From: Setoptus koraiensis
Taxonomy: Eukaryota > Animalia > Arthropoda
Reading direction: 5' to 3'
Assembly (NCBI GenBank): GCA_048013815.1
Contig: CM106585.1
Coordinates: forward strand, 23,684,001 to 23,748,000
DNA length: 64,000 bases
Shown here: positions 21,101-36,000 of the stretch, piece by piece
Layout of the letters: each line of letters opens with the position of its first letter
Numbering within the stretch: position 1 is the first letter of the stretch
Notes under the pieces: model-generated
Databases searched by the model: none
Told to the model about the DNA's origin: nothing
The model's input: only the letters and a program-made list of their open reading frames with translations
Program-made: the position numbers and the translations under genes

Positions 21101-24100
21101 GACTGACCGAATGGCTGAGATAGTGCTGGAGTTGTTGCTGTGCTACCCCCAAATTGACTAGTTGATGATCTAATTAGTTTAGCTGAATCATTAAAATTGA
21201 CGCTAACTAAGCTGTGATCATGATTATTATTGTTTTGATTGCTGCTGCCGCCAAAATCATTGGCGTTTTGCAAGTTTGACATTCGCGACTGTCGATTGTT
21301 GCCTGGTGCTGCGTGAATTGATTGGCGCGCTTGACCACTGCTATCACTTACAAGTCGCGCCGGATCCGCTAACAAATTATTATTATTGTTGTTGTTTTGT
21401 TGCAGATTTTGTCTACCAGACACCCCAGTCAATTGAGCAGGTCGCATGCGAAGCTCCTCGAAGTCGCCGCTGTGAGGCTTGTTGTTGCTAATCGATTGCA
21501 CAGGTGTCTGGTCTAGGCGAGACGAAGCGACCAGCTGATGCTGCTGATTCTGGTGTTGTCTATTCTGCTGCTGTTGTTGTTGTTGTTGTTGTTGAGTCAT
21601 TGAGGCTCGCACTGGTTGCGGCGATCGAGTTGGTTTTGGGGGCGCTATCACGGGCGGTATGTAAGCGGGTCTAGGTTGTGCAACAGTGCTAGAAGTGGGA
21701 CCACTGGTGTCTGGCGAATCATCGCTTAAATCGCTATTGGCTCTGTTGGTATTTTCAAGGAAATCACTGGGCACTGTTGTGGGCAGACGCTGATTTGAGT
21801 TGTTGTCGATGAAGGCGTCTATTTCATCGTTTGACGGATTATTCACATTGTCATTGTTGTTGTTGCTGTTGTTGTCGTTCAACGATGCGTCAGCAAACGC
21901 TTGGTTATTGTTGTTGATTGCCTGGTTGAATGCTCGATCAGATAATCTAAGATTGTTGTTGTTGTTGTTGTTGTTGTTTGCTGGCCTGTTGTTGACCACT
22001 GGCAAAGCAACCGGTTGTTGCTGATTGGTTAATGGTTGTCTCTGATGACGACTTGCTGTTGCTGTCGTCGATTGATGTTGATTGTTCGCACCACGTCCAT
22101 TGTTGTTGTTTGCATTATTGTTTCTCAATTGAACATTCGAGCCTGAATTGATGATATTCGACGAGGCCGCATCAACGAGCGGTCTGACAAACACATCAAG
22201 ATTAGCCTGATTAGATGATTGCGCTGCTTGTTGCGGATTATGATTTGGTGTCAGACCATAAGTTCCGCCCGGTCCGTCGTGCACATGAAAATCACCATTG
22301 GGCGTCATAACTGGCGACACTGCCTCGTCAAAACTGGGCTGCTGAGGATCCATTTCCATATTGTACACTTTATTATTGGATCGGTTTAAATCACCAACAG
22401 GAAAAGCGCCCATGCCAACGTTATCGCGATGATTGACGCTAGGGCTGTGCAAATGCAAATCGGCCGACTCTAGCTTGCCATTAGATTGGTAATTGTTGTT
22501 ATTATTGTTTAACATTGGCAACTCTGTTGTTGTTGATGAGCCCATCATCGACGACGATGTTGTGGCCTGCTGACGTTTAATATTGTTGTTGTTATTTAAT
22601 GCCTGTTGTCTTATCTGTTGTTGTTGTTGTGTCGTCTTAAAGTTATTTGCGCTCGATTGGGCTCGTTTAACACCCACAGTGCTATTACTAGTGACTATCC
22701 GATTGCTATTGTGATCCGAATCACCCATGGGTGTTCCACTTCCGTCCAGAGAATTATCTGGAACATTTTGTTTGGTGTGCGATACCTGTTCAGATACAGC
22801 GCCGGCCGCTGACGCAACAGCAGAATTTGATGATACTCTACTTCCGCTTACAATGGCGCCACCTTCATTGTCGTTATTATCTGGGGCTGATTTAAATGCA
22901 CTACCATCTACGACATCGCTTGCATGATTATTGTTATTGTTGTTGTTGTTTGCAAATGATGAGGACGAGTCATCTTGACCGCTCAAGTTGTCAAGTGCTA
23001 ATTGATCGGCTGACGCGAGACCAACAGTGGCTCCATTCTGATCGGAAGGGAAATTTAATTGATCTTGTTGTTGTTGTTGCGACTGTTGTTGCTGTTGTTG
23101 CTGTTGCTGCTGCTGCTGTTGCTGCTGTTGTTGGGCCTCCTCATCATATATTATGTCACTATCGTCATCTAGATCAGCATCTGCACCAAATACGGATGCA
23201 GTCTTATCACTGGTGGCCTTACCATAGACATTACTGTTGCTATTGTCATTGTTGACATTAGTGCCATTGACTTGTTGCTGATTCTGCTCACTGGCGCCAC
23301 CTACAGGCAACAAAATGGCCCCATTGTTGTCGGAATTGTTGTTGTTGTTGTTGGCTGAATTTATAGAGGACGAATCTTGCTCTTCTTGTTCTTCATCGTC
23401 GTCGTCATTGACAAATATATTATTGTTTGCACTGTTTGACTGTTGTGATCTGTCCTGTTGTTGCTGTTGATTCAATCCTGAATTCGTTGATCCCAACAAA
23501 TTGCTCGTGGGCGACGGAGAGCCCGTTACGCTCATTGTTGAGGCGGCCGCCGTTGAGGAACTCTGTTGATTTAATTGACTGTTGCCCGCCGTCGACTTGC
23601 CATTGGCCTGACCATTCGAGGCATAGGGACATTGGACGTTTCGCGGCCAGTCGCATGTTTGCAATTCGCGACTAAAATGTAGTCCGCCGGTACAAGACTC
23701 GTGCAATGCCTCACCGAAGACACAAACAAAGTATTTAGTACAATCGCGACTGTCGGCATAATATCCAAATTGTTCCGGACATTGGAAGCTAATTGTTGTT
23801 GTTTTAGTTTCAATGGATGAACTTGGACTCATTTGTTGGGGCGCCATCTGAGAGCTAGCACCTTGATTACCAATAAATATATTTAAAGAGCTTGGTGTTG
23901 TGCTAGTAGATGGAGCCACTTGTATTGATTGCCTTGTCTTCATATTTAGGGCTTGCGTAGCCGCCAATTGCTGTTGCTGCACAATCATAGCTGACATATT
24001 GTTTTGTTGGTTAACAACGGAAGAGGGCGCCACAAGCATTGGGTCGTAATACAAGGACGATGCAACGCGATGATTTGATTGGATACGTTGCATAATGGCA

Positions 24101-24824
24101 GCAGCAGCAGCATTATTATTATTATTATTGTTGTTGTTGTTGTTGTTTTGTCCTATGCCATGTTGTCTATTACTTGTCGGCGTGAGTTGCTGTTGGTGTT
24201 GGTTGTTGCTGATTGATATTTGAGGATTCAACCAAGACGACGACGACGACGACGACGACGACGACATAGAGGTGACTATGTCGGGCAACGATGCAGTTGT
24301 TATAGTTGGCGAAGCAATGGCCACTGTCGCTGCTGTCGATTGTGGATGATGGCGTACACTTGTACTACTTCCGGAGGCCATCATCTGATCGGAGGAAGTA
24401 GACGAGTGATGATGAGGCTGCAATATAGAACCTGCATTCATGCGTGAATATATCCTGGTGCCAGTGTCGCCTCTGTTTGTGCCGTTTGCCGAAACAGGCG
24501 GAGGCGCCACACTGGTGCTATTGATACCGATATCGTTTCTATAACTGCTAGCTGTACTACTAACGGTGGCCGGAGTTGAAGGTGACGTAAGCGAAGACGA
24601 ACCTGAGGCGCTTGTCAATAGCGAGCTAGGCGTTGTTGAGGACATAGGTAAGCCACTTGTGATAGCGCCACCATTTCTGGTCACCAGTAAGGTGGTGCCC
24701 ATCGATGTGATTATGCTAGACAAAGCTAACGGTTGTAGAGATTTGTTATTTGAGGAGTTTATTTGTGGCTTTCCTAGAGGATGTTGCTGATTATGTGCTA
24801 ATGGATGCTGGTGCAATAGTCCAC
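18193..24824 (-). CDS. Cda5: Chitin deacetylase-like 5 (group IV: ChtBD2, long low-complexity linker, catalytic domain), 5' partial; exons 24824-19496, 19372-19065, 18928-18542, 18425-18370, 18258-18193 (~2048 aa visible)
   Basis: ChtBD2 CPEQFGYY...CTGGL...CDWPRNVQC. Catalytic motifs TFDD, HSIT-H (split by an intron), RAPFL and LFYH. Four GT-AG introns of 111-136 nt with consistent phases. The large exon opens at a phase-1 acceptor (CCACCAG) and no signal peptide is visible. Confidence 0.92.
23629..23781 (-). other. Peritrophin-A type chitin-binding domain (ChtBD2/CBM14) within Cda5
   Basis: Six-cysteine pattern CPEQFGYYADSRDCTKYFVCVFGEALHESCTGGLHFSRELQTCDWPRNVQC. Confidence 0.9.
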
Positions 24825-27800
24825 CTGGTGGGCGAGAATAAATGAAAATGTAAATAGATAGAAACATATACCATGTATTAGTTGGGTGTTATCATAAAAT
24901 AGTGATTGATTAAACAAGAGGTGGCGTGGCGTTCGCTTTCACTATACTGACTGATCGAGCTGCCTAACTAATCACAACTAATAAGCAGTAGCAGCGTATA
25001 AAGTTGATTTTATGATAAATTGACTCTATTTGGCTTGTCTATCTCATCGCTACGGACAGGCCTAAGCTCAGTGATTCTAGCTTGGCTAGCCAGCAATTCG
25101 ATAACATAATGTAGTATGCGAATAATATTGTCGAATGTTGGTGGGTTGATAATAATAGTGATAATACTAATACTAATAATAATGGATAAATGGATAGATA
25201 GGCAAATGGATGGATGCCGACACACAGAATGAGATAGCGGATGGTTAGATTGAGATGCCATTCCAAGGAGATCAAGAAATCAAATTTCGCTCAAGAATTA
25301 TATTTTGTTTGGCAACACTCTCTCAGCACACTCAAACAAACCAACGAAGGAGAGATAGAGCGATAGGGCGAACAAAATGATGATGATCTACATTTAGATT
25401 TATGGCTAAACGCAATTATTTGCTTATTTTTGTGTGTGTTTTCATGTGTTCGCTCAGTGATACTGGCCTCATACGAGCTACTTCGAGGGAAACACTTTCT
25501 TTTTCGTCTTCTCGCCAGCTCATTCTGTTGCTCAGTTTTACTCAGGTGAACCTTGTCCACAGGACACATTGCGAAGGCGAAGGCGAAGGCGAAAATGATC
25601 TCATATGAGTGATACCGCAACAACAGATGATGATGTTTCGACAATCACTAGCACCAGATTAACGAGATGCCAAAAGAGCGAGAGATTGCCCCAAGCTATG
25701 ACTGCAACACCGTCACTATTTATACGCTGATTTCTTGTCGTCATCATCATCATAATCGTCAGTGGTCATCGACAGTGGTCTTAGTCAGCGGTCACTATTC
25801 ATTAGCAGCATACTACATAATACATGCTGCAAGTATGCTGTCTCTTGCTTATAGATTTTTTTCTTTGCGCCATCATCGTTGTCATGTAGAGGGCGCCTCG
25901 ACAATTGCTTGTCTACCAATGTGTTGGCATTTGGCAGCATCTCGTCGCTCGCCAGATAATCAGATATTTGAATTAAAGCCGGTGTAATGCCTAAACAAAT
26001 TTGGATATTCTCTTCGAAGTTTAACGTTGCCACCAGTCACTTATACTGTATAAGTTATACAGCAGCATTGACTAAGGCAACAAGTGCCTATGCTGTCAGT
26101 TATACTTTTAATCTTAGTGACGGCACACGAGAAAATATGAGCTTGCATGCAGATGACCAATTTGTATTACGTGTTATGCAGCTTAGCGATGTTATCAATC
26201 TTTATAAATTATTTTGTGTGTGCATTATGGACATTGGTATTAGGCAGCGCCTATTAGCTGTCAATTAGTTGTGGCTGTGAGACTAATTGACTAATTAACT
26301 AGCCATGCCAAATATCATTTGGCAGCACACACAGCGACTCAAAGCCTTTGAGTCAAAAGTGGCTTTCAAGTTTGGCGCAACAATTAGGCGCTCATGAGTC
26401 GTAGCATTATCGAATGGACGATTGTCAGATGATTGGTTGTCGGCGACGAAGGATGTTGCTGTTGCTGTTGTTGTTGTTGTTGTCGTGAATGAGCAACATT
26501 CTTTTCCAGCGGCAACAGCAACAACAGCAACAGCAACACTACCGACTCCCTTGGCTAGCTTGCCAGAGAGTGTGGTCATGTAAGAGATGATGATGAGGGT
26601 GACCATTGGTAAGGTTGTTGAGTCACTGAATTGAGTATGTTGGTGTTTTTATTTTTTTCTCATTCTCAGTCAGTGTTGTATTATCTCTTTTCACTCTGTT
26701 GTGTTATCTCTGTTAACAAATTCAGTGAGTTCAGTGACCCTCGTTTGCTTGTTGCTGCTACTTTGTCACAAGTGGCATGTTAATGCTGCAGCTTCTTCTT
26801 CTTCGTGTCCACTTGTTGCTGTTCCTTTTTCTCTCACTCTCACTCACTTTCTCTTCACTATGAATCATCGGTATCAGCTCAATGCTGAATAGATAAAGCA
26901 GTCGTTGCTGTTGCTGTTGCTGTCTCCTTCGTCTTAATTGCTTAATTGATTCCAGTTAAAAAGATAAAAGTTTAGATGTAGCCAATATAAGACTATAAAC
27001 TATTACAAAGTGCTCAACTTGCAACGGTAACTTATGCCTTCACACTGATTTCATCTATCAAATCAAAGTCTCAGCTGATTAGCAATGACAGAACTAAACT
27101 AGTGATTGATGTTGGTCAACCCCTACAGCACCAACAACAACAACAACAATCTCTAGCCACGATGTTTACTTGGCACGGACTGCTTAAAATAGAGCGATTA
27201 CAAGTGCGCTTTTGTGTGATCTTGTCATGATATAAGCTCACTATTTGCGCCGTCCACACAACTACAAACAACAACAACAACAACAGCAACAACAACAACA
27301 ACGGCAACAACAACGGCAAATTAAATTCAGATCAATTGGAGGTTCATCTAAATATAGCAACAAGGAATGGGTGGCCCTAAAGTAAAGAAACACAACGTTG
27401 GCGAACACAACGCCGCTTGCGTAGCGGATAAAGGTCCAAGTTGATAATGGTACCGGTTGGTATGTTATTATCAATTTGATCATAGTTCACCATGATGCAC
27501 AACGACCATGCTAGCCAATTGTTACAAATACATGCGGAATTTGACTATACTAACTAGCCAGTTAGTTAGTGCGCATAGCAAACACAACATCGATTACAGT
27601 GACCAAATCAATCAAACTAGATCACGATTTAATTGTCGTGACAAACAATATCTACAATAATAACTCCCTTTCTCCTTCTCTGTCTGTGTGTCTATTTGCA
27701 CTCGCTATTTGCATATTGATCTTGCTGCTGCCATATCATCAGCAACTGTCCAGCAGTCTGAAGTAAGCAAACTCTTTTTAGCTCGATGACTGCCTCATCC

Positions 27801-29130
27801 AAGATAAGATCTGATGTTGCAATTTTGTTGTTTACATTCTCGTTGTTTGGCGTGACTCCAATCGATCAAAGCGAGCTTCTCGTCTTCTCTTTTTCTGTGC
27901 TCCAATCTGTCTGTTTGCATTAGGTCAATCATGATGATGATGATGATGATGATGATGACCACAAGAGATTCGTTGCTGTGTTGGTAGTGTTGTTGTGTCA
28001 TCGGTTGTTTGCAAAAAGATCACCTCAACAAATGCACACACACAAGTGGTCACTCATTCTCTTGATGGCCAGCTTCAAATATTGCAAGTATCTCAGGTGT
28101 GCTAATACGATGCTCATATCATCCATAGGCCCCAGGCAACAGACACCAATTGGCCTATTGATGTCACGAATAAACACCTAATGATGGTTTTCTTGCTCTC
28201 ACTCGAATCGAATCAAATCATTTGCAAACAAATTTCCTCTCCTCGAATTGCAATCGCAATTTCGAGATTTATCACAAGTCGATTGCAAGCTCAGTGGCTT
28301 GACAATTATTGTCTGTCCGATATGATTCATTAGACGATTTGCCGGCGACGCTCGTTGTGTCGATTTGGCCAGTTATGTGTGAAACTGGTTGAGCATAAAA
28401 CAATTAGGCACGCATCACAGTATCACGCAAATCGATAGCCAGAGTATCAGCGGCTAAATGTGATCATTATCTAATGGATATCGGCTAATGGTTGTTATCG
28501 CACACACGGACACACCTCGAGTCACCATCAACACGTCGAGCGACAGTTATTCAAATCACCTTTGAATCTCATGAGTGAGTTGCATTGGTTTATGCACGGC
28601 ACTGTGGCGCCCCCTGTTCGGACATGTATTTCGACTGATGATGCACCAATCAATGTCCAAACAAAGAATTCGACTTATTAGATCAAAAACAAGTCGACTC
28701 ACTGACTAATTATCGCCTGTCACTAGCAACGTCAATATATTGGCCATATGTCAACTGTCAGCAGCTGATGGCTGACAAGTAACTGACAGCCGGTTGTTTG
28801 GCAAGGCTGTTTCTCATGACCCATGTGACCCATGACAATGGCCATGAGGTGCTAATGAAAGGTGACGAAAAAAGGTGACACCCATCAGCTGTGTGAGTGT
28901 GTGATAAATTATTATGACGAGGACGAGACAAAAAAGATGTTGCACTTGACTACTCGAGAACTATTGAGGATCAACTGACACTACACAAGGTGTATCATGT
29001 ATCATAGATAAGCGTGTGTTTTTTTGCCATTGCAACACACAGTACAACCAATGTAGCAATTCCATGATCATGACACACGGATTCTACCTGTTCGCTGTTG
29101 ACCCGGCTCGTCCCTTTACAATCACCGGGC

Positions 29131-29189
29131 AATCAGCTGAGAGTCGCCCGAGAATCGGCTGAGAGTCGCCCGAGAATCGGCTGAGAGTC
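29131..29189. repeat. 22-bp minisatellite, ~2.7 copies
   Basis: Unit AATC(A/G)GCTGAGAGTCGCCCGAG. Confidence 0.85.
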
Positions 29190-30875
29190 AGCTAACAGAA
29201 TAGAATTGTAAGTTGTAAGAATTGTGCACAATCTGGGCCACATCGCTCTCATTAGAGATTATTAATTGTTATTTTATACATATATTATGTTATTTAATGG
29301 TTGAATTGGTGGGCCCCAAAAGATTGTGTCACTCGGTTATGTTGACACGGCCTCATTGTGTCAACATGCAAGTGGCCAATCGTTGGCAAAAGGGGGCACT
29401 AGTGAGGAACAAGTTATCACAAGAGAGTGTTTTTGCTGAAAGAACAAAAGAAGCGCACGAGATAAAGGATTAGACATGCAAGGGATAATAAGGGGGCTTG
29501 ATTGATTTTTTGTCTATAAGTCGCAAGTTATGAGTTGCCATGTCTCACAACGGCAACAGTTGAGACATGGCCACCGTTGCTGCAAATGAGCTTATAACTC
29601 ATATGGCCGGTGTAGCTAATCATCGCCACATTGAGGTTGTTTGCACGCAGCGCCAACAAAAATATTGCATTCAATATCGTCGGAGATGCTCGCTATATCT
29701 GCACCAAGCACATATATTCACGTATAAGTGTGTGTGTGTGTGTGTGTGGCAAACAGAACAGAGACAACAGGTGAGCGAGAACAAGTGACAGACAAATAGG
29801 CAAAGAAAAGAACGTGTGTGTGTGTGTGTGTGTGTGTGAGCGAGACAACAACTGATATATGGCGCATGAGGCGGATAATCTCCGCCATCTCACCACTATT
29901 CTTTTGGGCACTGTTGTGTTCTCTATATCCGTGGCTATTGAGCTATTGTTTTTGGCAGCTCCGAACAAAACAAAGCGAAACAAAGCGAAAAGCGACGCAA
30001 CGAAACGAGATGAAACGAACCGAACTGAACTGAAACAGGAAAGAAGCCTCGCTTGTCTTTGTTTTTTCTTTCAATGAAATAACAACAAAACAGTAGTAGC
30101 TCATACAGTTTATTAAGCTAACTAGACTAAGCTAACGTGATTCTTCCTTCTTCTTATTTATTATTTAAATCACTTTTAGCAAGCCACACTTGCCACTGTT
30201 AGATTTATGTGCCTTTGTTGTGCTGCGTTGCGTTGTGTCGAATTAGAATGTGCATTTTATTTGGTTGCTTCTTTTTGGCTTCTTTTTGGCTTCTTTTTCT
30301 CTTCGCTGCGTTTGGTTTGATGAAATCGCTTTGATTCAGTTTGCTTCAATTTGGTCAACCACCTACAACTGAACGCACACACAACTTGTTGCGCCCGCAA
30401 CAATGGCTTGCGGCCACCGATAAACACACCGTCGTGAATATGATATAAATTGAATATGTTTAATGAATTGAAAATATCTATATTTATATCACTGGCAGCA
30501 CAGCAATACGAAGCAATCTCTTTATGTCTATTTGCAGATATTTGCGTACAACACACACACACACAACTCTGTGTGTGTCTATCTGTCTTAAAGCGTTAAT
30601 CAAAAATAGAATATCGGCTAGCATAAATCCGTTTATAAATTTTGTTTTTTCTGTAGGAGTGATGCTCGCAAGTATCTTAGTGAGAACACTGAACAATATT
30701 TGTCTAAATCATGGCGCTCGCAAATTTTGTTGGCATAGACACAACAGCCACTATGGTCGTAGCAATGCCTCAGTCAGTCATTCGATCAGCTAGTCAGTCG
30801 GCCAGCCACTCGGACGACAGGTGGAAATCAGCTCTGGGGTGCTCTCTGGCTGTGTCTCTGTCTCAATCTGGCTCT

Positions 30876-30965
30876 CTGGCGGCAAATCTGGCACTGGCGG
30901 CAAATCTGGCACTGGCGGCAAATCTGGCTCTGGCGGCAAATCTGGCTCTGGCGGCAAATCTGGCG
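30876..30965. repeat. 18-bp minisatellite, 5 copies
   Basis: Unit CTGGCGGCAAATCTGGC(A/T/G); last base runs A,A,T,T,G. Confidence 0.9.
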
Positions 30966-31314
30966 CCAGATAAACAAATAAAATGCATGATAAAATAAAT
31001 ATAAAATGACCGCATAAATCACACGCCGGTTTGTGCACTGTGCCGGCGGTAGATAGAAAGATAGATAGTTAATAAAAGAGGAGACACTTTTTGCTATCTA
31101 CCGACTGCCTGATATCGACAATCTACGCCGACTAAAAGCCGAGCGAGCTTGCCAAAACAAGTTGCCTGGCCGATTGGCTCGACATGGGCATGCAGTTGAG
31201 AGAAGCTTGCGAGAGTTTTATTTTGTGCACGCCGGCATATCATATCCTTTCGTTACGCTGCATTACGTCAGGTAATGTGTTTTTTGTGTCACCTGTTCCG
31301 GCAACTCAAATAAC

Positions 31315-31316
<2 letters not shown>

Positions 31317-31350
<34 letters not shown>
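31317..31350. repeat. (TG)17 microsatellite
   Basis: Perfect dinucleotide run. Confidence 0.9.
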
Positions 31351-31351
<1 letters not shown>

Positions 31352-32999
31352 TAACTGTGACTCTATAAATGTGAGTTGTGAGTCGGCGGTGGTTGTTGCG
31401 GCGTGAGTCACAACTGCTGACCACACAACAAGCTAACTAAACCAAACTGAACTGAACTGAACTAAACTAAACCTGTCACCTGTTCGATTGATAATCGAAC
31501 AGGCTGATCAAGTTCAGCTGACGCTCACTGACAAGTGGCCACTCGCTCACTTGTGAGTGTGTAACAACAATATTCTTTTCTCCGACAATATTCCAAAATA
31601 TCCGTTCAAGTATCTGTGTTACGCAATGTGCGTATGTGGGCTTCCTCGTCGCGCTGTCGACAAGATTTCATGCCATTGGCACATGTTTGTTGTTGTTGTT
31701 GCTGTTGCCCGACGACAACAAGCGAAATTATCCCAATGACAGAATGCACTCAATCGGCTGTCATCGAAATAGCATCACACACAATGGCATACTAATGGTA
31801 TTGCGTCATTATGTGTTATTATCATATTATTGTTGTCATTTGTTTCTCTCTTTCTCTTTAGTTATTGTTGGACAGTTGCGCAGTTTTTCTTCACTTTTAC
31901 TCTGAGCACTTTCACTGCTTAAGCAAATGAGACGCCGAATTGACATAATCATCATCATCACCATCATCATCATCACCATCATCATCATCGTCGTCGTCGT
32001 CGTTGTCGTCGTCGTGGTCAGCGGTCGACGATGCACAGATAGATAGATGCCGGCGGTGTGTGCCAAGATAGGCATCGCTTCCTTGTGATTATCTCTCTAT
32101 TCATCATGGTGTTAGTGGCGGGACTGGCAAAAGTGGATTTTTGGCCGGCTCACTTGATGTCGTTAGTCGGATCGGCGCGTTGCCGAGTTGTTGACCAGTC
32201 ACAAGATTGACTTTGAGCGGACACACTCGAGTGTTGCAAGAGTCTAGCAAGCAACAAAACGACCAATCGAAAGCCGCCATTCAACGAACGAGTCAGCAAA
32301 CGAGTGAGCAGACGAGCAAATGAGCAAATGAGCAAACGAGAGCGGCTTACATAAGCGGCGATTGTACATAAAGAGCGAGTATTACGTAACGCGATTGGCG
32401 CATCTAATTGTGGATCGTATTGTGGCACTCGTTTGAATCTGATTTGATCTGTGCACATTGTACAATTTAAAGTTTAAAACTGGCATGTACACTGAACATT
32501 GTAGCGGCACGCTCGTTAGCGGTGCAACAAAATGATGTGATGCTCTCATGTCTCGAATGCCTATCTGGACCATTGGAGATGCAGCGTGCGTCTGGCTAAC
32601 AGGGCGATGATGATGATGATGTGACTGAAAATCACCTAATCACCGCTGCGGACAATGCCGGTCAGTTTGTGAGCGAGTTTGTGCAGCTCGGCGGTTTGTC
32701 CACACGGACACAACAACAACAGACGCAACAACAACAACAACAACAACCGATATAACGGTCAACAATGAAAGCAAACCAAATCGAGTCAAGCCGGCACAAC
32801 AAGCGCAGTCGATATTGATGATGACGCGCCACTTGTTAGTGTTCACTTTTTGATACATTTGCCAGCATGTTAATGATGATACCGAACTGGTCATCCGTTG
32901 GTTTCATGCAGCAGCGAGCCATGAGAAGCCGCAGCAGAAATTCTCTCTCTGGCAAAGATTCTCTGAAGAACACAGATGAAATGGACAGGTCGTTGCACT

Positions 33000-33002
<3 letters not shown>

Positions 33003-33060
<58 letters not shown>
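33003..33060. repeat. (CA)29 microsatellite
   Basis: Perfect dinucleotide run. Confidence 0.92.
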
Positions 33061-33063
<3 letters not shown>

Positions 33064-36000
33064 GCACACATGAGCCACTGATAACGGGTAATGATGCTCT
33101 TATCATTGCATCATCTTGTCTCACTGTCTTTGAATACTGTGCTCGAGTGCATCTAACCACTTGTTGTTTTTGCAACATTGTTCTCGCCGTGCTACAGCGC
33201 TGCCAATGTTGCTGTTGTTGCTGTTGTTGCTGTTGTTGCTGCTGTTGTTGCTGAACAATACCCAACAAGAGAAGAAAAACAAAACAAAAAAGAGCTCCCT
33301 CTATCTTATCTCTCTATCAATTGCGCAATCATCATAGCCATCATAATGGCGCGCAATTGATGAATTGCGTCATCATCATGAGCGTTATTAACAAAAACGG
33401 AAGTAGCCTCTGGGCTAACAACATAGAACATGCTGCTCTTGGTATAACAGCAACAATAACAAGCGAATATTTTCAACTATCGAAATTCTGGAGAATTCTT
33501 ATTCAAAATCGAATGCGATCACTCGGCATCGTAAATACATGCCACATTGATACAAGCTAATGTTGTTGTGCGCAACAGCCTGATACAATCAATGCAATGC
33601 TACTCTATTTATCTACCATGGGTATTATCATAATAATCACAGACAGGAAGTGCCGTTAGGATTAATCAGCGTCATTCGATACACTTTTTGCTCTGCCTCT
33701 ACCAATCATGAGTTCTCTCTATCAATCTCGCTCCTTTGGCCACCTCGAGGCTCTCCAGCGTCTTGCTTGGGCAGGGGGTACACACACCAAATGGCATGCT
33801 AACCAATCACATGCTCGTCGGCTCAAAATCATTCAACTTGACACTCTAATTATACATCTGTTATAATATTTCACTATTGCATAACCAGCAGCACCTATTT
33901 ACTGTTACAGTTTTGTCTATTTGTGTTGCGCAATCAATGAATCAATGTCATTGAATGCCAGCTGCCACTGTTGCTACTTTGTGTGTTACAATTATTACAT
34001 AATTGTTAAAATGGTCACACAAATAACACAGATATTTGCGAATGATGCTCAAACTGGGCTCCATATAATTAATCGAACTAATTGAAGCGACAACAAATTG
34101 CTTATCAAATTATTGATGCGCTCAATTGAGCGCACTATCCATGAACGGATATTCGACCATTATCGTCTCGTACTAAATACCAATGCATTTAAATATCAAT
34201 CGGACTCATCTATTTATGAATATCCATAAACAAACGAGTCCCAGTGTCCGATTATACTCCAATTCAATTTCAAGTAAGATATCCACTCCAAAAGGCGGAT
34301 ATTCAATTAAAATGACTCTACTTAATCAGTCGGTATGCAATAACGCTTGTTTCTCATCTTCATACCTTTGATTATTGTCTCTGATGAGATTATTGAAACA
34401 CCACAATCATGATGAGAGTGACTCAGGTGAATAACTAAATATTCAAATGTCAATTGCCAATGGATTTGGTATGTTTATTAGAATTCTTGCCAGTTAGGTG
34501 CACCTTTTTGGCCAATATCCATCTTCCATGGATATCCATGCATAATCGCCTACTTTCACGCGGATACTCAGGCTGGATACATATCAAATATGAACAACAA
34601 TTTCGATAGCTGGCCTAATTGATTATTCAGCCCGGATATCTATACGCATCTCTGGCAATGCCAATTACATGCAAACAAAACGACACAACCTTTGTCGTGT
34701 TGATCCATTTCAGCAATTAGATACATTATAAATCCAGCAATTGTAGTAATGGTCTAATAAGTTACACTACATGAACATAATTCACATGGACACATTACAT
34801 CATATTATTAACTTAGATCATATTAGATCATTTTAAATCATATTACATCATATCATGTCATATCTGTATGTAGCTACTGTTACTAGCACCCACTCGGCCA
34901 TGGCAACTGTAACCGTAACAACCGACTGATAAACACACTATGTCGAAAGCGTTAAGCGAAGTTAATCAATATTAATAATAATATAATATTTATTGGTCAC
35001 AAAAGACCAATCAAGCTCAATGTTTCGCTGCTATGTCAGTCGATTAGAGTTGTAAGCTGATTGATTTCATCTGAAACTAATTTGTTCCACTTTTCGTTCA
35101 AACTATTTCTCGTCTCTACTCGTTTCTACTGACACTCTCTTTTAGTCTCGTTGCACACGAATAGAGTTGCGTAATGATCTGGCAAGCTAACATTTAACGA
35201 GCCAAGTATAATCTCGTGGCGAGACCTTGATCAGTTGCTGCTGCTGTTGTTGCTGTTGTTGTTGTTGCTGCTGTTGTTGTCGGTAGTGGAGCGCCCATTT
35301 GTTACAAATTGATGATGATAAGGTAGTTTCAGGCAATGAATTAATTAGACACACTTAAATAGATAAGCATCAGCAATAGATTAGGGTGAGGCCAGTTGAA
35401 ACATTCGCTCGTTTCACATTGATTATACAGGTAAGTAAAGTTGTAAGTAAGAGACTTTAAATGAGAATAGAATGAGAAGGCAATGCAAAGAGAAATAACC
35501 AACCAGTGAACCAATATTTATTGATCAGCTGACTAGACAGGTGAACCATTATCTATATCTATCGGACATCGTTTAATGCACACACAAAATGTGAAACTGG
35601 TCACTTCAGTAACAATGATCGATTTTCGATATGATTTGATTTGCTTATTCTTATTATCTGATAATAATATTATCGTTGCTATTATCCTTTAAAGTCTCTT
35701 AAGTCTCGTTGTTGTGTGTACAGCGCACTCTCGTATTGTTTTTATCTAGCTAGTGGTAGTCATAGTTGTAGTGATGATGATCTACTTGTTGTGTCTATGA
35801 CATGGGTGAACTACTTACAGCTGTATACAGGTGTATATAACTGTATATAAATATATATGTTAGTATATAGTTAGTAGTATTAAATTGAGAAGATAAACTA
35901 GATATCAAAAGCTGCATTAATGGCCACTAATTCGCAGTCCATTTGGGATGCCAATTATTTGGGTGATGCCAGTAGCCATAATGGCAACAATTGCCGGCAT

